NCBI GenBank assembly: GCA_035620975.1
Contig: DASPFV010000245.1
Span: 47,038 to 111,037, forward strand
From: Vicinamibacterales bacterium
Lineage (GTDB): Bacteria; Acidobacteriota; Vicinamibacteria; Vicinamibacterales; 2-12-FULL-66-21
Reading direction: 5' to 3'
DNA: 64,000 bases
The notes beneath the pieces are model-generated. The model saw only the letters and a program-made list of their open reading frames with translations, was not told the origin of the DNA and did no database searches. Position numbers and translations under genes: made by a program. Positions 25,538 through 33,004 of the stretch are shown here, one piece after another; the first letter of the stretch is position 1; every line of letters begins with the position of its first letter.

Positions 25538-26647
25538 TCACGTCACCGCGTATCGCTCCGCATCGGAGCGCTTGAAGGTCAGTCCGAAGCCGGGCCCCGA
25601 GAGGTCGGGCTGGAGGTGGCCGTTACGAGGGACCGGACAGCCGTCGAAGAGCGCCCGCTCGATTCGGACGTGGTCGTGGAAGTACTCGATATCGCGCACG
25701 CAGGCGAGCGCGGCGCAGGGGGCGAGGTGGAGCGCGGGTGCCGTGTGCGCCGAGAGGGGCACGTGGAATGCGTCGCAGAGTGCGCCGGCCTGCATGAAGC
25801 CGGTGATCCCCGCGCAGCGGGTGGCGTCGGCCTGCAGCACGTCGACCGCTCCCGCCTGCAGCATGCGGCGGAAGTAGGTCGCGTCGTACCCATATTCGCC
25901 CGCGGCAATCGCCATGCCCGCCGGCGACCGATCCCGCAGCAGCCGCAGGCCGTCGAGGTCGTCCGAGCTGACCGGCTCCTCGAACCAGCTCACCCGGTGC
26001 TCCGCGAAGCGCTCCGCCTGCGCCAGCGCCTGCGCGCGTTCGTACGCGCCGTTGGCGTCCACGTACAGCGCCACGTCGGGACCGATGGCGGCGCGGGCGC
26101 GCCCCACGCGGGTCACGTCGCGCTCCGGCTCGCGGCCGACTTTCATCTTCACGCGGCTGATTCCGGTCTCGACCCACGCGCCGAGCTGGTCCTGCAGGTC
26201 GGCATCCGTGTACGAGGTGAAGCCGCCGCTGCCGTAGACCGGCACGTCGGGGCGCGCCATACCGAGCAGCCTGGCCAGCGGTACATCGAGGATCCGCGCC
26301 TTGAGATCCCAGAGCGCGCTGTCGACCGCGGCGATCGCATGCGAGGCGATCCCGGGTCGCCCGGCATTCCGCACGGCGCGGGTCATGGCATCCCACACAC
26401 CCCGTGTGTCCATGGCGTCCTGCCCGGTGACGAGCGGGGCGAGCGTGTCTCGAATCACGGCCGCCGCCGCCGTGGCTGCATAGGTATAGCCGAGCCCGCG
26501 ACGTCCCGCCGCCTCGGTCTGGACGAGCACGAGCGTCGTGCTGCGCCACTCGAGCGTGCCGTCCGACTCGGGCCGATCGGTCGGGATCGTGAACGCCTCG
26601 GCGGTGACGCGTTCGATGCGGGTCTCGTGCGCGAGTGTCCGGTCCAC
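25538..26647 (-). CDS. Enolase-superfamily enzyme (mandelate racemase / muconate lactonizing family)
   Basis: Start GTG 26647, 1 nt after the upstream stop. AIAAVDSALWDLKARILDVPLARLLG, VKMKVG, LYVDANGAY, WFEEPV, IAAGEY (metal-ligand D/E/E-type spacing). Confidence 0.85.
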   Translation of the reverse strand: MDRTLAHETRIERVTAEAFTIPTDRPESDGTLEWRSTTLVLVQTEAAGRRGLGYTYAATAAAAVIRDTLAPLVTGQDAMDTRGVWDAMTRAVRNAGRPGIASHAIAAVDSALWDLKARILDVPLARLLGMARPDVPVYGSGGFTSYTDADLQDQLGAWVETGISRVKMKVGREPERDVTRVGRARAAIGPDVALYVDANGAYERAQALAQAERFAEHRVSWFEEPVSSDDLDGLRLLRDRSPAGMAIAAGEYGYDATYFRRMLQAGAVDVLQADATRCAGITGFMQAGALCDAFHVPLSAHTAPALHLAPCAALACVRDIEYFHDHVRIERALFDGCPVPRNGHLQPDLSGPGFGLTFKRSDAERYAVT

Positions 26648-26648
26648 G

Positions 26649-28436
26649 CTACTTCCTGCGTGGGAGATAGCTTTGCGCCGCGTCCTTGATTGTCTGCTTG
26701 ATGAACCCGAGCGCTTCGGCATCTCCCTTCAAGACCGATGAGGCGAAGTTCTTCGCCTGTTCCAGCGTGATGTGCGGCGGGAGCGGAGGGACGTTCGGAT
26801 CCACGACCGCTTCGAGCACCGCCGGCCGATCAGCGTGGATGACCCGGTCGAGCGCGTCCGCAATCTGGTCGGGCCGATCGATTCTGACCCCCATCAGCCC
26901 GAGCGACTCGGCGTAGCCCGCGTAGGGGAAATCCGGGATTTGCTGGGTCGCCTCGAACCGGGGATCGCCGGCGAGCGCGCGCTGTTCCCAGGTGACCTGG
27001 TTCAGATCGCGATTGTTCAGCACGAGCACGACGAGCCGTGGATCGCTCCACTCCCTCCAGTACTTGGCAATCGTAATCAGCCCGTTGAGCCCGTTCATCT
27101 GCATCGCGCCGTCCCCGGCGATGGCGAGCACGAAACGGCTCGGGTGGCAGAACTTGGCCGCAATCGAATACGGCACCCCCGGCCCCATGGTCGCCAGGGT
27201 TCCCGAGAGCGAGGCCATCATGCCGGACCTGATCCGGATGTCGCGCGCGAACCAGTTCGCCCCGGACCCCGAATCGGCGGAGATGATGGACAGATCCGGC
27301 AGGCGCGGCGAGAGCTCGTGGAACACGCGCTGCGGGTTGATCGGGTCCGCGTCGTTCATCGCGCGGCCTTCGAGGACCTGCCACCAGTCCTCCACGTCGT
27401 CCTCGATCTGCCGGCGCCAAACGCGATCCTCCTTGCGCACGAGCCGTGGCGCGAGCGCACGCAGGGTCTCCGCGCTGTCACCGATCAGGTTCACCTCCAT
27501 CGGGTAGCGGATGCCGATCATCCGGCCGTCGATGTCGATCTGGACGGCCCGGGCCTGCCCCTCGCTGGGCAGGAACTCGGAATACGGGAAGCTGCTGCCG
27601 ACGACGAGGAGCGTGTCGCAGCCCGCCATCAGGTTCCAGCTCGGCCGGGTACCCAGCAGGCCGATCGCGCCCGTGACGAACGGGAGGTCGTCGGGGAGCG
27701 CGGCCTTGCCGAGCAGCGCCTTCGCGACGCCCGCCCCCAGCAGGTCGGCGACCCGGATGACCTCGTCGGCTGCGCCCAGCGCCCCTGCGCCGATCAGCAT
27801 CGCCACCTTGCTGCCCGCGTTCAGCACGTCGGCGGCGCGCTGCAGGTCCGTGTCCTTCGGCACGACCACCGGCAGGCTGAGCCCGACGCCGGAGTGCACG
27901 GTGCCGTGCTTCCGCGGCGGCGTCTCCACCGCGTCCATCTCCTGCAGATCATGCGGCAGGATCAGGCAGGTGACCGTCCGTTCCACGCGGGCGATGCGCA
28001 CGGCCCGATCGACCAGGTGCCGGATCTGTTCCGGCGTCGTGGCCATGTGCACGTACTCGTGCGCCACGTCCTTGAAGAGCGAAATCAGGTCGACCTCCTG
28101 CTGGTAATGACCACCCAGGGCCATTCGCGACTGTTGTCCGACGATGGCCAGCACCGGCTGGTGATCGAGCTTGGCGTCGTACAGGCCGTTGAGCAGGTGG
28201 ATCGCGCCGGGTCCGGAGGTCGCGAGGCAGACGCCGACCTCTCCCGTGAACTTCGCGTGCGCGCATGCCATGAAGGCCGACATCTCTTCGTGGCGGGACT
28301 GCACGAACTCGAACTGATCGCCGGCGCGGTCGAGCGCGCCGAGCAACCCGTTGATCCCGTCGCCGGGATAGCCGTAGATGCGGCGCACTCCCCATTCGGA
28401 AAGTCGCGCGAGGAGGAAGTCGCTGACGGTGGCCAT
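26649..28436 (-). CDS. Thiamine-diphosphate enzyme, PoxB-like (pyruvate oxidase / pyruvate:quinone dehydrogenase family)
   Basis: MATVSDFLLARLSEWGVRRIYGYPGDGINGL, SRHEEMSAFMACAHAKFTGE, CLATSGPGAIHLLNGLYDA and GDGAMQMNG (ThDP motif). The C-terminal ITLEQAKNF...GDAEALGFIK resembles the PoxB tail. Confidence 0.85.
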   Translation of the reverse strand: MATVSDFLLARLSEWGVRRIYGYPGDGINGLLGALDRAGDQFEFVQSRHEEMSAFMACAHAKFTGEVGVCLATSGPGAIHLLNGLYDAKLDHQPVLAIVGQQSRMALGGHYQQEVDLISLFKDVAHEYVHMATTPEQIRHLVDRAVRIARVERTVTCLILPHDLQEMDAVETPPRKHGTVHSGVGLSLPVVVPKDTDLQRAADVLNAGSKVAMLIGAGALGAADEVIRVADLLGAGVAKALLGKAALPDDLPFVTGAIGLLGTRPSWNLMAGCDTLLVVGSSFPYSEFLPSEGQARAVQIDIDGRMIGIRYPMEVNLIGDSAETLRALAPRLVRKEDRVWRRQIEDDVEDWWQVLEGRAMNDADPINPQRVFHELSPRLPDLSIISADSGSGANWFARDIRIRSGMMASLSGTLATMGPGVPYSIAAKFCHPSRFVLAIAGDGAMQMNGLNGLITIAKYWREWSDPRLVVLVLNNRDLNQVTWEQRALAGDPRFEATQQIPDFPYAGYAESLGLMGVRIDRPDQIADALDRVIHADRPAVLEAVVDPNVPPLPPHITLEQAKNFASSVLKGDAEALGFIKQTIKDAAQSYLPRRK

Positions 28437-28574
28437 GAGCTCGCTTTCCTTTCAGCTGTGTTCGGACGTCTCGTCGGCAGATCCGGTGTGGATTCGATCG
28501 CTGCACGTGGGTTGTCGCCGAACGTGTCAGGCGCGTTCGCCAAGGTCTGCCGGCCCGGCACAACACGTCGGGAA

Positions 28575-28592
28575 ATGCGACCTCCGTGCCAG
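28575..28592 (-). promoter_or_regulatory. Sigma-54 (-24/-12) promoter for the ThDP/enolase/FAD-FeS operon
   Basis: The minus strand reads CTGGCACGGAGGTCGCAT against consensus YTGGCACGrNNNTTGCW, with one mismatch in TTGC. It is about 140 nt upstream of the 28436 start and divergent from a sigma-54 activator gene. Confidence 0.65.
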
Positions 28593-28791
28593 TCTCCGAA
28601 TGCATGGGTTTGTGCTGCGCGGCTCCACGCTCCTGACGCTGCTCGTCATTCCTGCCGTCTACGAACTGCGCGACGACCTCCCGTGGCTGAACGTCGACGC
28701 ACGCCGCGCCAGCGTCGGGTGTCCGCCGGATTGCAGAGCCGGTGCCGGATCCAGGTGCTTCGGCAGGTGCCTCGGAGTAGGATGACGATAG

Positions 28792-30510
28792 GTGGCCAGG
28801 GACGCGCTGACCGTATCACCGGGGGCGGCAAGCCCGGCAGGAAACCAGATGACGCAATCCTGGGGGTACGGCGAGGTGTCGGCCATGCCCATGCCGGCAG
28901 ACCTGGAGAGCCACCTCCTGACAGCCGTTCGCAAGCTCACCGCCACGCTGGACGTGACCGGCGTGTGCGACGCCGTGCTCGCCGGCGTGGAAAGCGCCTT
29001 CGGTGCAACATCGAGCTGGATCATGCTGCACGACCCGGAGCGGGACGTGCTCCGGACGGCGGTGTTCCGCGGCCGGGGCGCGGACGTGTACGCGAGCGCC
29101 GAGATCCCCGCCCAGGCCGGTGTGGTCGGCGTTGCCTTCTCGCGCCGCGAGATCCAGTTCGTCGGCGACGTCGCCGCGGAGACGCGCTGGTTCAAGCCCG
29201 AGCGCGTCCGCGCATCCGGCCTGCGCTCAGTGTTCGTCCTGCCGCTGATCGCGGCGGACCGGGGCATCGGTGTGCTGGGCGTCGATTCGCCACTGTTCGA
29301 CGCGGCCCATCCTCCGGGACCACTCGACGTGAAGCGGCTGGAGGTGTTCGCGGCGCAGGTGGCGGTCGGCCTCGTGAACGCGCGTCTCTACGAGGCCAGC
29401 CAGCAGGATCGGGCGAGGCTTCGCGCGCTGCTCCGCGAGCGCCGCGAGCTGCGGCGCGAGGTTCACGACCTGCGTGACGAAGTCCGCACTGCCTATTCCT
29501 TCGGCCCCATCGTCGGGGACAGCCCGCTGATGCGGCAGGTCATGGAGGAGGTCGAGCAGGTCGCCGGGTCCGACGTGGCGGTCCTCCTGCTGGGGGAGAC
29601 CGGCACCGGCAAGGAACTGCTCGCCAGGGCCCTGCACGAGCGCAGCGGCCGTGCCTCGCGGGCGTTCGTCCCCGTGAACTGCGCCGCGCTGCCAGAGGCG
29701 CTGGTCGAGAGCGAAATGTTCGGCCACGAGCGGGGCGCCTTTACCGGCGCCCACAGCCGCAAGCCCGGTCGCTTCGAGCTCGCGCATCGCGGGACGCTGT
29801 TCCTCGACGAAATCGGCGATCTGCCCCTCAACGCGCAGGCCAAGCTGCTGCGCGTCCTGCAGGACGGCGAGTTGCACCGGGTCGGCAGCACCCAGCCGAT
29901 GAAGGTCGACGTCCGGCTCATCGCGGCGACGCACCAGGATCTCCCGGCCCGGATCGGGGAGCGGGCGTTCCGGGAGGACCTGTTCTATCGGCTCAGCGTC
30001 TTCCCGATTCGGATCCCTCCGCTGCGTGAACGGCCCGAAGACATCCCGCTGCTGGCGGAGTTCCTTGCCGGGCGGTACGCGCGGCGGCTCGGCAAGCGTG
30101 TGGGAGCATTGACGCCCGGGGCGATCGCGGCGCTCGGCTCTTACAGCTGGCCGGGGAACGTGCGGGAGCTCCAGAACGTGGTCGAGCGCGCGGTGATCCT
30201 GAATCAGGGAGGATCGATCGGCGTCGAGCATATTCGCCTCGAACCGCTGGCTTCACCGGCGCCGGCCGGCAGCAACGAGCCGGCCCGCGCAGAGGCTCCT
30301 GCTCCCGACGGCCCGCGCGGGCACGATGCTCCGATGCCGGTTACGCTCGCCGACGCGGAGCGTGAGGCGATTGTTCAGGCGCTGCGGCACGCGGAAGGCC
30401 GCGTCAGCGGCGCCGGCGGCGCCGCGGCGCTGCTGGGCCTCAAACCGACGACCCTCCACGCGAAGATGAAGAAGCTCGGGGTGACGCGGACTGACGTCTT
30501 CCGGCGATGA
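28792..30510 (+). CDS. Sigma-54-dependent transcriptional activator with an N-terminal GAF domain (FhlA/AcoR-like)
   Basis: GAF-like N-terminus, then an AAA+ core: VLLLGETGTGKELLA, ESEMFGHERGAFTGA (GAFTGA), GTLFLDEIGD, RVGS, WPGNVRELQN. C-terminal HTH: AAALLGLKPTTLHAKMKKLGV. The start may be an internal ATG (28849 or about 28885). Confidence 0.9.
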   Translation: MARDALTVSPGAASPAGNQMTQSWGYGEVSAMPMPADLESHLLTAVRKLTATLDVTGVCDAVLAGVESAFGATSSWIMLHDPERDVLRTAVFRGRGADVYASAEIPAQAGVVGVAFSRREIQFVGDVAAETRWFKPERVRASGLRSVFVLPLIAADRGIGVLGVDSPLFDAAHPPGPLDVKRLEVFAAQVAVGLVNARLYEASQQDRARLRALLRERRELRREVHDLRDEVRTAYSFGPIVGDSPLMRQVMEEVEQVAGSDVAVLLLGETGTGKELLARALHERSGRASRAFVPVNCAALPEALVESEMFGHERGAFTGAHSRKPGRFELAHRGTLFLDEIGDLPLNAQAKLLRVLQDGELHRVGSTQPMKVDVRLIAATHQDLPARIGERAFREDLFYRLSVFPIRIPPLRERPEDIPLLAEFLAGRYARRLGKRVGALTPGAIAALGSYSWPGNVRELQNVVERAVILNQGGSIGVEHIRLEPLASPAPAGSNEPARAEAPAPDGPRGHDAPMPVTLADAEREAIVQALRHAEGRVSGAGGAAALLGLKPTTLHAKMKKLGVTRTDVFRR

Positions 30511-30688
30511 CCGCGGCCGTCCATGCTGCACCCCGACGATCGCGGAGCGCGGGACTCCCGTTCCGGCCGGTGGTTTCTTCAGACGTGGAAGCTGCCCCTG
30601 CAGGCGTGCGGATCCACGGAATCCCGCCAGCCGGTCAGCCACGCCATCGATCCTGCGATCTCGCGTTCGCACAGCCATCGCGGACGGA

Positions 30689-31999
30689 TCAGCGGTCCGC
30701 GTCCGCGCCGGACGTGCGGATCTCCCCCGTCGGGCGCGCGACGGGTGGAGCAGTCGAGGCGAGATAGCTCGCGACAGCCTGCATCTGATCCTCGGAGAGC
30801 CGGCTGGCGACCTTGTGCATGATGGACGCGTAGGACGTGCCCCCGCGCTGCCCGGCCTTGAAGAGCCTCAGCTGGAGCTCCAGGTACTCGGCGTACTGGC
30901 CGGCGAGGCGGGGATAATGCGGGTTTCGCGGCTGCTCGCCTGGTCCGTGGCACTCGATGCAGGGGGGGATGAGCTGGTCCGGCAATCCCCGGGTTGCGAT
31001 ACGCCGGCCGAGATCCTCCGCGCCGGTATCGGCTCGCGTCTCGGCGTGGAGCGATCCGAGCGCCGAGCCTCCGCCATCGAGGCCCGAGTAGTACTCCGCG
31101 ATCTGCCGCATCTCATCGCGGTCGAGCGGCGCCGCCGCCGGCTGCATGATGCCGCTGTGACGCTGGCCGCGCGCGTATGCCTCGAGGCTGGCCAGCAGAT
31201 ACGCCGGCCGCTGGCCGGCGAGCTTGGGAAACGCTCCCGTACCGCGGCCGAGTCCGTCCGCGCCGTGGCAGCGGGCGCAGCTCTCCCGGATTGCGTCGGG
31301 CACCGATCGCGGAGGCGTGAGCGACTCCAGCGGGTCCGGCATGTCTGCCGCGTCGTGCGGCGCGGCCAGCTCCACGTAGCCCCGCGCGTCGAGCGAGGGC
31401 AACCGACGGAGGAACGCGACCATCGCCCAGACCTCATCGTCGCGCGTGTGCGCGGGCCACGCGGGCATGCCGGTGAACTTGATCCCGTGTTTCACGATGT
31501 AGAAGAGTTCCGCCGGTTCGAACGTGGAGCCGGCCTGTCGGAGGTCCGGCGGCGTCGGGGTCATCCGGGACGCGATGGTCGGCTGCTGCAGCACGGGACT
31601 GCCGTGGCACGGGGCGCAGCCGAATTCGAAGTGCGCGGCGCCCTTCATTGCCAGCGCGGCGCCCTCGAGCGGCGGGACCCGGGTACCAATCGTGTGCGTG
31701 GAAACCGATCGCTGCTTCGCCACGTCGAGCAGCCACGCCGTAATCGCCCAATGGCCGCTGCTGGCCTTGATAGGAACAATGCCGGACACGAAGACGATGG
31801 CTCCGGCGATGGCCGCCAGCACGACGGTAGCCACACCGCCGGCGAGCCACGCCTTCTTCCGCATCGCCCATTGCTGGCCGGCGCTCTGGTCCGCCAGCGA
31901 GGCATGATCGAGGCTCGTTGTCGCACCCCGCGACCGGGGCGCGAGCGCGATCAGGACGAGCGCGACGCGGAGGGCGGCGCCGAGTCGACCCCGCATCAT
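30689..31999 (-). CDS. Membrane-anchored tri-haem c-type cytochrome
   Basis: Three CxxCH motifs (CAPCH, CARCH, CIECH) and an N-terminal hydrophobic segment or segments. ATG 31999 overlaps the ctaG stop (ATGATGA). The alternative start is MRKKAWLAGG near 31864. Confidence 0.8.
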   Translation of the reverse strand: MMRGRLGAALRVALVLIALAPRSRGATTSLDHASLADQSAGQQWAMRKKAWLAGGVATVVLAAIAGAIVFVSGIVPIKASSGHWAITAWLLDVAKQRSVSTHTIGTRVPPLEGAALAMKGAAHFEFGCAPCHGSPVLQQPTIASRMTPTPPDLRQAGSTFEPAELFYIVKHGIKFTGMPAWPAHTRDDEVWAMVAFLRRLPSLDARGYVELAAPHDAADMPDPLESLTPPRSVPDAIRESCARCHGADGLGRGTGAFPKLAGQRPAYLLASLEAYARGQRHSGIMQPAAAPLDRDEMRQIAEYYSGLDGGGSALGSLHAETRADTGAEDLGRRIATRGLPDQLIPPCIECHGPGEQPRNPHYPRLAGQYAEYLELQLRLFKAGQRGGTSYASIMHKVASRLSEDQMQAVASYLASTAPPVARPTGEIRTSGADADR

Positions 32000-32622
32000 G
32001 GCACCCCGGGCTCCCGGAGCGCGGCCGAACCGCGCAGGACGCGCGCCGACAGCCACAGTCCCCCCGCCAGGTAGACGACACCCCCCACGAGCAGCATGAT
32101 GGCGCCGCCGAGCTGCTGCTCCCAGAGCGCGGTCCGCGGGTCGGCTGGTCCGTGATACAGGGGCCGGGGCGCCAGCGCGATCAGTGCACCGAGCAGTGTC
32201 ATGTGCATGGAGGTCAACAAGAGCGCCACCACGCCGGACGCGTGTCGATCGCGGTCGTGCCGTCCACCAACCGCCGCCAGCCATACCAGGAGGCCGGAAC
32301 CCAGGAACGTTCCTTGTTCCAGCAACAGTCCCGCCGTCGTGTGGCGTGCCAGATGGTGCAGCGCCGGCGTGTGCCAGGCCCAGACCACGACGAGCTCGGC
32401 GATCGACGCCGGGATTGCACTGAAGACTCCGGGCAGCCTGCCAACCGGATCGAAGCGGCTCGAGGCCAGGCCGCACGCCAGGAGCGGGGCCCCGATCGCG
32501 ACCACGCCCATGTGCATCGTCATGTGTGCGCTGAAATGGCCCGGCGCCAGCGCCGGCAGCGGCCCGAGCCAGACGGCGGCGAGCGCGAGCGAACCGAGCC
32601 ACAGCGGCATCGTGCGCATCAC
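31996..32622 (-). CDS. ctaG: Cytochrome c oxidase assembly factor CtaG (caa3_CtaG family membrane protein)
   Basis: Polytopic, with HMTMHMGVVAIGAPLL and TSMHMTLLGALIALAPRPLY, His/Met-rich helices typical of Caa3_CtaG. Confidence 0.7.
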   Translation of the reverse strand: MMRTMPLWLGSLALAAVWLGPLPALAPGHFSAHMTMHMGVVAIGAPLLACGLASSRFDPVGRLPGVFSAIPASIAELVVVWAWHTPALHHLARHTTAGLLLEQGTFLGSGLLVWLAAVGGRHDRDRHASGVVALLLTSMHMTLLGALIALAPRPLYHGPADPRTALWEQQLGGAIMLLVGGVVYLAGGLWLSARVLRGSAALREPGVP

Positions 32623-32996
32623 TGGCAGCTCTCGAGGAAGACCGCGACCAGCGCGGCGTAGACGACAGCGAGGGCACTCAGGCCGGAGAGCAGCAGCGTG
32701 GCAAAGCCCATGAAGCGATGCCGGTCTTCGGGCGTGTCGTCATCGTGGGGCGGCGCGTCCTCCTCGAGGCGGTGCGCTCTGTAGCCGAGCCAGCCGACGA
32801 CGGCGATCGCCGCGAGCGCGATGGCGGTGTACGCGCCAATGGCCGTCCGGACGCTCGTGAGCGGCACGAGAGCGGACGGCTGCTTCGCGCACCAGACGGC
32901 GGCGGTCACGTAGCAGAGCAGGAAATGCGCAGCCCAGATGCCGGGCGACAGCGTCAGCATCCAGATGCTCTCGTGCCGTTCAGCCAGTCCGTTCAT
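32619..32996 (-). CDS. Small 3-TM membrane protein (possible oxidase subunit IV-like)
   Basis: Last 125 codons of ORF 32619..35456 (MNGLAERHESIWMLTLSPGIWAAHFLLCYV...). Three hydrophobic helices. Sits between the I+III gene and ctaG with a 4-nt overlap. Confidence 0.5.
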   Translation of the reverse strand: MNGLAERHESIWMLTLSPGIWAAHFLLCYVTAAVWCAKQPSALVPLTSVRTAIGAYTAIALAAIAVVGWLGYRAHRLEEDAPPHDDDTPEDRHRFMGFATLLLSGLSALAVVYAALVAVFLESCQ

Positions 32997-33004
32997 CGGT
33001 CCCC

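Noticed and set aside
30507-30688. Small ORFs (30507..30767, 30523..30822) after the sigma-54 activator gene
   Set aside because: The translations are R/S/P-rich and overlap the 3' end of the tri-haem cytochrome gene, with no start context.
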